Assembly (NCBI GenBank): GCA_038087875.1
Contig: CM075989.1
Span: forward strand, 20,152,001 to 20,212,000
Source: Malacoraja senta
Taxonomy: Eukaryota
DNA: 60,000 bases
Direction: 5' to 3'
The notes under the pieces were generated by a model, which had not been told where the DNA came from, made no database searches, and saw only the letters and a list, made by a program, of their open reading frames with translations. Each line of letters opens with the position of its first letter. The first letter of the stretch is position 1. Positions 36,451 to 49,754 of the stretch are shown piece by piece. The translations under genes were made by a program, and so were the position numbers.

Positions 36451-39319
36451 AACATGTAGAAACCAGGAACTGCAGATGCTGGTTTACAAAAAGTCTGAAG
36501 AAGGGACCCAACCCAAACTGTCACCTATCCATGTTCTCCAGGGATGCTGCCTGACGCATTGTTACTCCCACACATTTGTGTCTTTGCACATAAACAATAA
36601 TCCTGAGTGAGGCATTTAAACTGGGAGACATCAATACTGTCAGGAAGCCAAGATTTTGCCTGAGTAAACAGCATAAATGAGCCAATTTAGATATACTGAT
36701 GGAGCTTTTGGATAGGTACTTGGGAATGGAGGGTATGGATTATGTGTAGGCAGATAAAAGTTGGTCTTGACATCGTGTTCGGCAGAAACATTATGGGCCA
36801 AAGGGCCTATTCCCGTGCTGTAAATTCATGTGATAGGAGCAGAATTAGGCCCTTCGGCCCATCAAGTCTACTCCGCTATTCAATCATGGTTGATCTATCT
36901 TTCCCTCCTAACCCCATTCTCCTGCCTTCTCCTCACAACCCCTTGTACTGTTCTGTGTTCCATAAACATAAAGCCCATGTATAGGCACGTCGTTCCATTT
37001 AATGCCTTTATTGGATATAATTCATCAAATAAATACCCTAGTGGTAATCCACTGATAAAATGGATCATTTGTAGAAAATATTTACGATGTAATCAGTAAA
37101 TGTAATCTAACTTCAGTTTTACAGAGCCCATAGTACACGGAGCTCTGAAAGCTAGTTCATTTAGTGAAGAGATTTATGTTGCTGAGAGATAATAATCTAG
37201 ATATTTTCTTTTCCATCTTTCTGGGAATAATTGACAAATGCTGTGGCCAGTAATCTCTTAAGGTTCTGCCTCATTTGTTCTTTAATTTTCCAGACATTGT
37301 AACTGCGTATGGTTTTTTGTTTACAGATAGCACTATTAAATAATTGCTCAGGAGTTTTGAAACCAAACTTGTCCTCTTCTGTCATGAGACAGTGACTTAG
37401 AAATTCAGGTATGCCCATTATTGGAAATATTATGTACAAACAGCCTAGAAAGAAGGTGAGCCCAAAGGAAATAACATTGTTTTTGCCCTATACTATTATC
37501 TACAAACCATAAAAGGCATTGTCTTGTTTGTCTCTGGAGACGAGTCTTTATACTAGTCAACAAATAAATCCTGTCACTTTGCACAATTATCCACTTATTT
37601 TGGGAATCAAAATATGTAGATTAAATTATTATAAAACAGAAGTCAGCAAATGAGGGTAACAAAATTAAAGCTAATTTTATTGGTGAACGGTTCTTGTAGA
37701 GGTTATGTCCGGTCATTGTTATTTTTGATTTGATAGTTCAGGAATGATAAGCACATATGGAAGTGAATAAATGAGAAAAATGGGCAGAATGTTCTTCCTT
37801 TGAAAGAAATTTAGCTTTCACATGCAAACCTGGTCTCTCTTTTTGATTTGGCAAAAGTTAAAGATTCCTGCTCATGGCTATGTTTTAATACTTGTGCTGT
37901 TAACTGTTGCAGCTCTGCATCTTCAAGGCCCATCAAGTGTCATTTAACCATAGCTGATCTCCTAACTCCATCCTCCTACCTTCTCCCCATAACACCTGAT
38001 ACCTATACTAATCATAATCTGACTATCGCCTTGATTCTCAACAATTAATTAGAGTTATTACGTTAAAAAGTCAGATATTCAAGACAATATACATTATCTT
38101 GGGATGGTTAGATATTAGTAAAAAAAGCAAAGCGCTGGAGTAACTCAACGGGTCAGTAAGCTTCTGTGGAGGGAAATAGGTCGGGGCCCTTCTTCAGAAT
38201 GTCCCAAGTGGAAATGTCATCCATCCATTTCCCTCCACAGATGCTGCCTGACCTGCTGAGTCTCTCCAACACTTTGTTTTTCACTCAAGATCCAGCATCT
38301 GCAGTTTCTTGTGTTTCCTAGATACTCGTCAACTTGTCTCTAAGTGACAAAGGGTTGTGGTTAGTAATTTCTTTACAATGTTAATTGCTTAACAGTCATC
38401 AATTTGATCACTCATTTGGTACTGTTCCATGCAAATTTCTTTCTGAACATTTTGCCTGCATATGATCTGCATCTCCCAAATTATGATGAACTAACTTTGT
38501 GGTTTGGGTTTTTCTAGATTTGTTTTTCAAATTTGTTCTTTAACTCTTTACTTTGTTCTAATTAATTCCAACTACCGAATTCTGTACCTTGAGGCTGAGA
38601 TTGTGGCTGCCTTTAGGCCTGGTCTGAAATGACTAATTTAGCTGCCAGCGGATCAACACTTTGAATCTTATTTTTGCTGCATTATGCCAGCACAGACCGT
38701 AAGAGTCATAGAAAATTGATTGTAACAGTATGGACATTCTCAATGAGTGCCGTCGAACATGATTATCATTGATGCTTTACGTAACTCCGACCACAGATGT
38801 TTATAGATAGTCAGAAGATCCTAGAGTATGCATATGGAGTGCAAATGTTGCTTTATGGAATCATTGCTGTTGGAACACTTTTATGAGGTTTTCCTTCAGC
38901 TTGAGTGAATTTATCTAATTTAAGACTGCCTCTGGCAGTAAAATATAATGTAATTTGTGACTTCTCTGTACTTCCATTAATATTGATAAATATTCCCTTT
39001 GCATTTTCCTTTGATTTATTTTATTGTGCATGAAAGTCATAAAACCCACTTTTTTTCTTGGCTTCAAAGCCTCAGTCTGTGTACAGATTCATCAGTGATT
39101 ATACGTAGTTAACTGTCGAATTGTGTCTTGTATTAAGTATTGGCTTTGACATAAACACATCTGTGCAGGGACCCCTTCTCATTGCTTGCCTGAAATGCAG
39201 CAAGTTTTCCCTGTGCCCAAAGTCAGATGCTGTTTGTTTCTTTAGCTTCTACGTTTCAGCAGGTCCTGCGTATTAGCCAATTTATCCTTCCACAGTTTAC
39301 TCTTCAAGTATCAAGTTTA

Positions 39320-39652
39320 TGTTCATAAGTTATAGGATCAGAATTAAGCCATTCGGCCCATCAAGATTACTCCACCATTCAATCATAGCTGATCTATCTT
39401 TCCCTCTCAACCTCATTCTTCCGCCTTCTCCCCATAACACCTGGCACCCATATTAATCAAGAATCTGTCAATCTCTGCCTTAAAAACTCCATTAACGGCC
39501 TCCACAGCTTTCTGTGGCAATGAATTCCACAGATTCACCACCCTTTTACTAAATAAATTCCTCCTCATCTGCTTTCTAAAGGTGCATTCTTTTATTCTGA
39601 GGTTATGTCCTCTGGTCCTAGACTCTCCCATTAGTGGAAACATCCACTAGTG
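39320..39652 (-). mobile_element. CR1 LINE 3' fragment
   Basis: MFPLMGESRTRGHNLRI...VVNLWNSLPQKAVEA on the minus strand plus 3' UTR. Confidence 0.9.
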
Positions 39653-39705
39653 TCAACCTCAGACATGGGTCAATATTTAGAATGGAGAATGTATATAAAA
39701 GCAAA

Positions 39706-40035
39706 TTGGTGGTGCAGCTGGCATAGCTGCTGCCTCGTATTGCCAGAGATCCAGGTTCAATCCTGACCTTGGGTGCTGCCTGTGTGGAGTTTGCACGTTC
39801 TCCATGTGACCGCGTGGGTTTCCCCTGAGTGCTCCGGTTTCCTCCCACATCGGACTAGAGGGTTAACTGGCCACTGTAAATCACCTCCAGTTTGTGGGTG
39901 AATGGTAGAATCTGAGGAGAGTTGATGAGAATGTGGCGAGAATAAACTATCCGGTTAGAGTGGCTGGACCATTGATGTTCAGCATGGTACCATTTGGCCG
40001 AAGGCTCTGTTTCTATGCTGTTTGACTCTAAATTC
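39706..40035 (+). mobile_element. tRNA-derived V-SINE (HE1-like)
   Basis: B-box GGTTCAATCC, V core, GGCCGAAGG tail. Confidence 0.85.
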
Positions 40036-42222
40036 AACTATAACTTAAACCAAGCTGAGTTTGAAGATTTGCAGACAGCCGGTTTGTATTTCTTCACCAG
40101 GTTCTGGTGGAAATAACTTTAACAAAATTACAGATTTTGAAAAATTATGTTATGGATTATCATCAGGATAAGTAGCTTAGAAAATTGTACAGAAGTAACC
40201 AGGAGTAAACCTGCTTCATTATTCTTGATTCAGCAAATTATGCATTAAACAAATGGAAGTAAACACTTCTTTAGTTTAAGAGTTAAAATCCATGACTGAG
40301 AGCTTCCATTTTGCTGGCAAATTGAAAGCTTATGAATTCAATTTAGAGCACCTAACTTCTGGTTGATTAGTGCAGTATGAATTCCAGGAGAAATGGTGAG
40401 GTCAAGTTCTTCACAAGTTGCAGTTCAAAGTTTAAATAAAAAATACAGGTATGTTAAAATGTAAACAAAAAACAGAACTGCTGCTTCAATGTTAATACCA
40501 GCAGATTGTTAGAACTTATGTTCCACAACAGTAAAAGCATTAACAAGATACAGGATTGAATTCTAAGCTATCATTTGGGTGATCGGTATATTTCAATTTT
40601 CCTGTTTCTACTCTGGCAAGCATGCAAAGTATTCTTCGGTAGCCTTGAAGATGTGATTGACAGTGTTGGTTGTTGAAAGCAAGTGCCGTGAGTGGGGCAA
40701 GGAACTGCGGTGAGCTTTTGGTAAATAGCCAAGTTCCCTTCCACTCCTGTGTATTTGCACACTTACGGATGACTTGGTTCAAGATGGGCATTGGCAGAAC
40801 CATGACTTGGGATACCTGCCAACCCACTTGCCAGGGGGAATATGTGACCCAGAAAGAAAAGAAAATTGCAGTAAACATTTGAACGCAATCATACTTGGTA
40901 CATAAACACCCTAAAAGAACACATATATCATTTTCAAAATCTAGTTGAGATTCAGTTTTGGTCCTGGGTTTGATGGGCCTTAGCAATATCAAAATGTGGG
41001 TACTTATTCTCAATATTTCTCCCTTCAATTTTCTGCAGTAGAGACCATTTTTACATGCCTTTTCCAAGTGTGATGATATATATCAGTGGGTGGTTGACAA
41101 CAAGAATAATATAATTGAGTCTTAAGTTGTGTTCACTTGATATTCACCATAGTTGCACTCCAATACTGAATCATCATTGAAGAATGGAAAGCATTACTTG
41201 TTACCCCTCGTGACATAAAAAGCATTGAAGCCTTCCTAGTGTTTTTAGCTGAGTCTTTATTATCTGAGCCATTGAGAAGTTATCATTGTGATCTTGTGTA
41301 ATAAGCTGCAGTTTAAAAAAATGTCTACCATTGATTGCCGTTCATTGATCAACAAAAGAATAACAAATGGAGCTGGTGTTACAACAGCGCAGAAATATCT
41401 CTGCTGTAATAAGTAGAGTTATAGATGACTGGATAATAGACGAGTTTCTGAGGGGATGGTGTGATTTGTGTTGAAAAGTTGCAAAGTAAGTATATTTTCT
41501 ACGTACTCTCCGCAATGTATATATCCTCAACGTACTTTGAAACATATTTATAATGTAACAAATATAATTAACAAAACGGTTCTCCTGGGCAATATTGTTG
41601 AGTAATTGCTGATGGTATAAAAGGCATTTTGCCCTGTTATCTATTATCTGCCATGTACCCATGAAGATCTGCTATTACTCATTATCAAGGAATAAATGAA
41701 CTCTGCCTTAATTAAGAGCTTACTTTATATAATAAAAATGTTACTTTATCTCTTTGAAGCTATAGACATTTAAAATCGAAATAGGATGCTTTGAAAAGGC
41801 TCAAATTCCTCTTCTGAGTGGAGAAGACAATCATTTCTACAGTTTTGCAACTTCTCCTCTGACCCAAGTTTGCTCAGAGAGAGCAGGATTGTTTAGTGAG
41901 CTCCATCTCAATATCACTGGGTTGGCTTATTTTACTAGTTATTATGAACATCATGGAAAAAAATTAACAAGTGAAATATTGAAAGTTGGAAGGAAAAAGA
42001 TTGATCATGTTTTCACACAACCAATAATTTTGGAGTAAGGTGGCAGCTTCATAGAAAAATATCGCACCAATCTCACTCAGCAAGATACCACAAACACAGT
42101 AAGGTGAAGGAGTGATTATTCTGTTTTTTGTTAGTGTTCCTTAAGGAAGGGATGTGTCTCACTAGAACAGCTTTGAGTAGTAGCCGGGAATTATTAAACA
42201 TTTATCAGAACAAACAAACATG

Positions 42223-42436
42223 GGGTATAGGAAGGAACTCCAAATGCTGGTTTATACCACAGATAGACACAAAAATCTGGAGTAATTTAGCTGGTCAGGC
42301 AGCAACTCTGGAGAAAAGGAATAGGTGATGTTTTAACAATCTTGTGGAACTGTCCCAACCCGAAATGTTACCTATTCCTTTTCTCCAGAGATGCTGCCTG
42401 ACCCGTTGAGTTACTCCAGCATTCTGTGTCTATCTT
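42223..42436. mobile_element. Penelope-derived fold-back element with TSD
   Basis: TSD CAAACAAACATG at 42211-42222 and 42437-42448. Confidence 0.8.
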
Positions 42437-43109
42437 CAAACAAACATGAGCTTGGAATATTATCCCATTCAAATGATGGAGTCCTCAACTTTACCCTCAT
42501 TCCTCACTACTACAACGTAGAAAAACACGTAGCAGTTTACATTTATGTTACTATGACATGATAGCATGAAGTAAAACATTTTGAAATAATTTGTAGCTAA
42601 TTTTAAATAATTGGGCCATGCTGCCAGGGGTGGTGGTGCAGGCAGATACTATAGTGGCATAGAAGAGATTTCTTGATAGGCACATTGATATGGATTATGT
42701 GCAGGAAGAGATTTGCTTAACTTGGCATCATGTTCAGTTTAGTTTATTGTTACGTGTGCCAAGGTACAGTGAAAAGCTTTTTTGTTGTGTGCTATCCAAT
42801 CAGTGGAAGGAGTGTACATGGTTACAATCAAGCCATCCACAGTGTACAGATACAGGATAAAGGGAATAATGTTTAGTGCAAGATAAAGACTGATTATAGA
42901 TAGTTCAGAATAGATGTTGTGAGCTAAAGGGCCTGTTCCTGTGGTGTACTGTTGGCAGACATGCAATTTAGCAAAGGATCTGAAATGACTCCAAAGCAGG
43001 AAGGGAGGAAGAATCATTATTTTTAGCACCTTTTGCATTGCATTTGTGACTAGTATCCTGCAGCATGAAAACATTGCAAATAGTAGATTTACCAGTTTGA
43101 AGATCTTTG

Positions 43110-44136
43110 GCAATGTTGCACAAGGGAGATTGGCCAAAGGAAAAGAGTACATGAGATCCAATGCAATTTGGCAATTGAAACAGGCTTGGTGATGGGAGGC
43201 AGAGAGTGATGGTCGAGGGCTGTCTTTGTGATCGGAAGCCAGTGACTGGTGGTGTACCGTTGAGATTGATGATGGAACTCTTGTGCGTTGTATACCTCAG
43301 CAATCAGACATCAGCATAGGAGGTATGATTGTTAAGTTCACAGATGACATGAAGATTGGCAGTGTTGTGGAGAGCGAGGAAGAGTCTATGTCTACAATAT
43401 CGATCAGTTGGCAAGATGGACAAAAAAACTGGCAAATAAAATGTAATCTTTGAAAAGATAAGATATTATATTTTGGGTGAGGCGAAACACAACGAATGGT
43501 GGGATCTTGGGGAAAGAGTCAGGAACGAGAGGATCTTGGTGCACATGTCAAAAGATCCATCTAGACAGCAGCATGGGTAGATAAATTGGCTAATAAGGCA
43601 TATAGAATAGTATTTTTTAGCTGAAGGATAGAATTTATGAATAGGGAGGTTATAGCACAAATATATTAAATATTAATTACTGGGTCAGAATACTGGGTTA
43701 AAGCATAGAAGATCATGAACAAAGTACTGGTAAATGGAATTCGCTGCCTGAGGAAATGGTGAAGGTAACTTGCCCAATCAGCACTGGATTGGACAGGCTA
43801 GATGCAGGAAAAAAGGTCCCGATGTTGGGGGAATCCAGAACCAGGGGTCACACCGTTTAAGAATAAGGGGTAGGCCATGTAGGACTGAGATGAGGCAAAA
43901 CCTTTTCACCCAGAGAGTTGTGAGTCTGTGGAATTCTCTGCCACAGAAGGCAGTGGAGGCCAATTCACTGGATTTTTTCAAGAGAGAGTTTGATTTAGCT
44001 CTTGGGGCTAAAGGAATCAAGGGATATGGAGAAAAGGCAGGAAAGGGGTACTGATTTTAGATGATCAGCCATGATCATATTGAATGGCTCGAAGGGCCGA
44101 ATGGCCTACCCCTGCACCTATTTTCTATGTTTCTAT
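43110..44136 (+). mobile_element. Old CR1 RT fragment followed by a younger CR1 3' end (43783-44136)
   Basis: KFTDDMKIG (~43334), then RGRPCRTEMRQNLFTQRVVSLWNSLPQ and TTTCTATG tail. Confidence 0.85.
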
Positions 44137-44245
44137 TCAGTATTTCAGTGAAATGAAAGTATACCTGGAGCTCTAAAAGCAGTTTGGGGCATTGTAGTTC
44201 AGGAGGAATACATTGCCTTTAGAGAGAGTCCAAAACATAAACATT

Positions 44246-44393
44246 GGGGGGGGGGTGGGGGTGTGGGTGTGTGTGAGGGGGGGTGTAGGGGGCGGGGTGT
44301 GGGGTGGGGGTGTGGGTGTGGGGTGGGGGGGGAGTGGTGGTGGGGGGGGGGGGGCGGGGTGAGGGGATATGGTGGGGGGTGGTGGGGAGGGGG
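44246..44393 (+). repeat. G/GT-rich low-complexity tract (G-quadruplex potential)
   Basis: More than 15 runs of three or more G separated by short T/GT spacers. Confidence 0.9.
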
Positions 44394-44674
44394 AACATAA
44401 AATAAAAATTTGAGTCGGGCCATTTGGAAATGGTTGGAAAATATCTACACAATTAAGGAAACTTTTTTTACAAAATAGTAAATGACTTGCCCAATTGTCA
44501 ATTTTAAATCAAATATCAATATATTGATAAGTAGTTAGTAGCTTGGGGAAAGGACATGTATTGCTGCAAGTTATAGATCTCATTAAACGTCCAAAGGACT
44601 AAGTAGCCTACTTCCTTCCACGCTCCTGTTATTGGAATCATATGTGGATATGTATTTCATTGTCAATTAAAGAT

Positions 44675-45150
44675 TCATGGAGTCATGGAGCTGTACAGCA
44701 TGGAAACAAACCCTTCAGCCCACCTTGTGCATGCTAACCAGGTTGGCATACTGGACTAGTCCCATTTGCCTGCATTTAGCCCATAGCTCTCTAAACCCTT
44801 CCTATCCATATATCTGTCGAAATGTATTTTAAAAGTTATAATTGTATCTACTTCTATAGCTTCATCTGGCAGCTCATTCCAGACGGTCTACCTTCTGTTG
44901 AAAAGGTTGCCACTGAGGTCCCACTTAGATCTCACATCTCTCACCTTAAGCCTAAACCCTCTAGTTTTAGAATCCCCTACGCTGAAAAAAAGACTGAGTG
45001 TTCACTTTATTCATACCCCTCATGATCTAGTACACTTCAAGAAGGTCACCCCTCAGCCTCCTATGTGCCAAAGAAAAATGTCACAGATTTTCCCTTTAAC
45101 TCAAGCCCACAAACCCAGTTATCATCTTGGTTAATTTCTTCTGCACCCTT
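44675..45150 (-). mobile_element. CR1 LINE 3' fragment
   Basis: Reverse complement of the CR1 tail (CATGGAAACAAACCCTTCAGCCC...CTGGCAGCTCATTCCA...CCCTCTAG). Confidence 0.8.
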
Positions 45151-46319
45151 TCCAACTTTTACTTGTGCCATAATCACACCAATTCCACCTTTGCTTTCTG
45201 TATCAATGCAAAATATCTCCATTAAATTTGACAAGGAAATTATCTTAGGTACTGCCTGTTACTCTTGGCACTTGGAACTCTGTATTTTATGCAGAGATTC
45301 AAACATAATGATAATATTTCCTTGCCACACAAACGTGAGGGAAGAACAAATTAGCCCATTGGATAGCAATGATTTGTGCATCGGGTAAACCCGGTGAAAA
45401 GATTCCCGATTGCTGCTGATTCTCCAGTTGTTATTCACTCCAGCTACATGCAATAACATTTATAAAATGATCCACAAACCAGATTGTGGGATGGGAATTA
45501 TGGTGTTCACTGCATAGTTATTCATGTTTTAAATAATCTTACAACATTGAAAGTATGTGGCAAGCGTACTATTTTAAAACCAGAAACTCAAACATTATTT
45601 TATTAAATTAAAGACATCTGCACTATTGCATTTGCTTGTGTGTGTTTGTTCTTTAGGAATGATTATATCGTGCACTCATTGTTGATATTGCTGTTGCTTG
45701 ATTAATATCTCGCTGTCCTGAAAATAGAAATAATGTCAAGGAGCTCAGTAATTGCCCTGCTATTGCACATTTATCCTCACAAAGAAGCACAAATAAGACC
45801 CATGTATTTTCCTGATTTTCTGCCCCCTCCCACCCAGACACAGTGTTAGACTTTCTAAGTTATTGTCCATGGGTAGGAATTCCTTGCCAATGTGGTCATC
45901 TTTCTTTCATGTATGTTCAGACTGTTAATGAAGCCAACTTATTTTACCACAGGGCCAATCCAGTTCTCGCACAATGCCAGAAATATATGCTTTCCAGAAG
46001 AAGTCACACGATAACAATCAGATGGTGAACTTTGGCTGATTTTCTCTCTGCTTAGCTTAAGTTCTGAAGCTAATTCTAACAACCCAATCACGGAGCTGGC
46101 TGGGATTAGTTCACTGAGTGTACATGACTGATCTAATAATTCAGGGCCTCCTGATCTATTTACCTTGGTGTTGTATTAAATGACAATATTACCTGATAGG
46201 GCGAGAAAAGGAATGCCTACAATGAATGAGAAGAGATACTTGCATTCATTGCCATTCAGAGCGGGTAAAACAATGTGACAAATTGATTAAACCAGTTACA
46301 TGGATTGCTCGCCAGCCTC

Positions 46320-46590
46320 CAGCTGCCCTTCCACACTGCCCATGGATCACCCGTTCTCCCTAGTTCTGTATTATCCCACTTTTGCATCCACTACCTACAT
46401 GCCAGGGGCAATTTTACAGAGGCCAATTAACCTGCAAACCCACACATCTTCGGGATGTGGGAAGAAACCGGAGCATCCAAAAGAAGCCCACTTGGTCACA
46501 GGGGAAACGTGCAAACTCCACACAGACAGCAACTGATGTTAGGATCAAGCCTGGGTCTCTGATGCTGTGAGGCAGCAGCTGCGCCTCGGC
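46320..46590 (-). mobile_element. V-SINE, degraded
   Basis: Minus strand GCTGCTGCCTCACAGC...CTGTGTGGAGTTTGCACGTTTCCCCTGTGACC. Another degraded copy lies at ~57950-58195 (+). Confidence 0.8.
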
Positions 46591-48543
46591 TGAAGAGGCA
46601 GCATACAGATCACAGACATGCCTCAGATTTAAATTGTTGACTCTTTTCAAGATATCTGGTGTTGTACCCCTTAATTTTAGCTTGACATGAAACTGGAGTT
46701 AAACCTTTGATTTTTTGTGCACTCGGAGCACTTTGTTCATAGCTCATAAGTTCTAGGAGCAGAATTAGGCCATTCGGCCCTTCAAGTCTACTCCTCCATT
46801 CAATCGTGGCTGATCTATCTTTCCCTCTCAACCACCTTCTCCTGACTTTGCGCCATAACCCCTGACACCCGTACTAATCAAGAATCAGCAATACTTTGCT
46901 GTCACAATAAAGCAAGAAAAAAGAAGATTTTCACTGAAATTAAACTGTCTGTGACAATTGATAACTGCACTTGGCTAAGATTTGTTATTTTTTTTAAAGT
47001 TGCAGTTCATTACAGGTTTAACTTTCCGTGTCTTCAGTCAATGAGTGGAGGAAATAATCAGCAGAGGAAAAAGGGTTTCCTTACTTCCTGTACTCATGTG
47101 TGTCTCCTGGTGGGTTGCTTAAGGAACTGTTGACATTCTTCGGAACTTTAAACCCAGAGTTGTTCAAGTCAGCCAGATGCACAGGGCAGGCTGGCGAGAC
47201 GGAAAATAACATGATAAAGGATTATGTAGCGTTGTGGGCCAACATAAGCTGTCCTTTTGTGGAGCAGAAGTGCAAGTGTCGCAGATTGATACGTTTATTT
47301 GTCACAATCCAGGTTGCAATTCCCTTTCTTATAAAAATATAAGATTTTGTTGTTTTACATTTTGACCTAAATCTGGGGAATTTGGGCTGTCTTTACTTTA
47401 TTTTTTCCATTTTATTTTCATTTTTATACACAACACTGTCAGTTTTTGGGGGCAAATGCTTTATTTTTTTTACCATTTAATTTGTTGCTTTACTTTAACA
47501 TTTTGTATTATTGCTGTTACTATAGTATCCTCATTGATTAAATGTTAATGGACAAACTATACAACATTTTTATTTAACTACATGATATTGTTCATTATTT
47601 AGTTTCTTTTAAGTAATGCCTTTGACTTGTTGCTCCATTAAGAAACTCCATTGTGAGTTTATAAGCCATTGCATTGTACTTGCAATTTCTACAGCTGTTA
47701 AAGCCATAACTGTGTTTTTGAGCAATCACACCACTTTATTGCACATTGCAATCATAATCCCTGTTTATCTTTTATGGCATTGTTTCAAAATGCTGTAAAA
47801 CCATAAATAATATTCCTGAAATTGGTTCCTTATTAAAAATTTGAGGTCATTCTAAACTTGGTTCTCTTGTTAGCTCTTCAGAAATCAAACCTTGTTAACC
47901 ATCCTTAGACAGTACTAGAATAATGTTCAGGTATAAATGTAATGTTATTTCAAGCAGATCCAGATTTGAAACAACCGTCTCTGAATGTGCGTAAAATCAC
48001 AATATTTTAAAAAGGAATGTATTTGGAATAACAAATACATGTCGCTTTACCTATTTTTCAGCCATATAGATATAATAAATTGCTGTGCAAATTGTTTTAA
48101 TATCTCAACTAAAGAAATCTAGCATTAACAACAGTACAAGCTGATGCAAAAGGCAATTTCACCAAAACCCACTTTCCCGGTAATTTACTTTTCAAATGTC
48201 TACTCACATGAAACGCAGATAACTCTAATGATTTTTTACTTCAGTCTAAAGTGTTATCTGATATCTCTGTTTCTTGTCAGTTTGAATAAAAGGGATAATT
48301 TCTGCAAACGTTTACCAGCTGTCAACTAATACATTTGCAGAACTAAAATATGATGGTTACGTATCGCTGAGAGCTACACATTTAACAAAAAACGAGCACC
48401 AGATGTTTCAAACTCGCATAAATGATTTTGGATAGACTCTCAATTTGCTTTGTAAAACCTAGTAAACTTGAAATTATGCACTCATTTGATTTGTTAAACC
48501 CCTTTAATCTATATCTTTCCAAGCTAATTAAAGTATTACTTAC

Positions 48544-48832
48544 AGTAATTGCAGCTGGGATTAACCGTGCCTTTGATTTTGCCCTTTTTATCAATCCTCA
48601 GATAAAACTGTGTCCGACAGAAAAGTTTTCGTATTCTTACATCTCCACCTTCCATGTAGTCGTAACTTCTGGTGTGCCGCTCAGGACTGGTGGAACAGTT
48701 CACGCTTGCAGCTAGTTGTTCTGGAGTCATGTCATTGCAAGCGATAGACACATTCCCTGCTAGAAGAATACAATGAAAGTATAGTTTGTACAACAAAGTT
48801 GGCAGGATCCATATCTGCATCCATTTGCGCAT
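48544..48832 (-). CDS. FGF7: FGF7 (keratinocyte growth factor) coding exon 1 (aa 1-96 + 1 nt)
   Basis: Translates [96 protein letters not shown]. Signal peptide followed by the FGF7-diagnostic CNDMTPEQ and [15 protein letters not shown]. 289 nt, phase 1, GTAAG donor at 48543-48539. Confidence 0.97.
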
Positions 48833-48867
48833 TATAGTGCACTGCTCCGGGTTCTCTTGAGCGACAT
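48832..48867 (-). promoter_or_regulatory. uORF2 ([11 protein letters not shown]) whose stop overlaps the FGF7 start (TAATG)
   Basis: ATG TCG CTC AAG AGA ACC CGG AGC AGT GCA CTA TAA TG. The last A of TAA (48832) is the A of the FGF7 ATG. Confidence 0.7.
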
Positions 48868-49150
48868 GCTGCAATTTAAATGACAAATCGGATGAATGTT
48901 GCTAGTTTGGGGTCTCAGCTTCTGCCTGGATTCCGTGACCTTGGATCTCTTTTATTTGTGGCACTAGCAGTTTAGAATGTTTTTAAGCTTTCCTGAGAAA
49001 GTTTATGATGCTGAGCCAGGGTTTCTTCAGAGAAGTGATGCACTGTCAATTTTCACTATAAACAGTTCAGTTTGTAGTACTCTGGAATGTCTTGATCCTC
49101 TTTGCTATTAGAATTTTCCTCTTGTACAGAGAGTTTTGACGATAGTAAAG
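48833..49150 (-). other. FGF7: 5' UTR part of the ATG-containing FGF7 exon (acceptor position tentative)
   Basis: Candidate acceptor cttctgcttgcag at 49163-49151; an alternative is tcttttctag near 49313. ACCCGGAGCA...CACTATAATG before the start resembles human FGF7 as recalled. Confidence 0.5.
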
Positions 49151-49754
49151 CTGCAAGCAGAAGTATCACTTAACTTTAACAAGCCATTACAGTCAGCTGT
49201 TACAAATAAATTACAACCATGGCAACATGCTTGGAGGTGTATACCAATTTTTTTTTTTAAGTTCTAGTTAGTTGCCAGTTTTCACTTTAAAAAATAAATG
49301 TAAAACCCAAAACTAGAAAAGATAACTTGCTTTTCCAAATGTTGCTGTGTGCTACGATATTAGTCTTTTATCTGTAATTTAAAAAGTGTGATATGTGCAG
49401 CATGGAATATGTTCTACATTACTATTCCACTGCTGTTTCAACTGCTCGGCTAAACCCTGTTGCTTAATCAATCCTCCCGGCTTCTGTACACTTGTCATCT
49501 TGCATGCATTCATTCAAAAGTAATCACAACATATTTTATGTGGTAAAAATCAAATGCTTTCCATGGAATTTTCCCATGTTTCCTAAACACAATTCATGTT
49601 TTGCTGTATCGACTGGCTGTAAGCATTCACAACTACCTCAATGTCAATCCACATGTTTAACCTAAGCCAGTCTAATTCCCCCAAAAAAATTCCCTTGGCA
49701 AAATAGTTTTGTAGAAATAAATGCAATACTGTACAATTTCTGATAAAAACTTAC

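Noticed and set aside
40540..41067. 175-aa minus-strand ORF (and similar ORFs such as 4912-5430)
   Set aside because: No recognisable domain; non-ATG or repeat-overlapping; consistent with chance ORFs.
20872..48543. Strand bias of LINE insertions within FGF7
   Set aside because: CR1 fragments occur in both orientations in comparable numbers; too few to claim a bias.
48833..48886. N-terminal extension of FGF7 shown in the ORF track ([10 protein letters not shown]...)
   Set aside because: It starts at a TTG; the signal peptide and FGF7 homology begin at the ATG at 48832.
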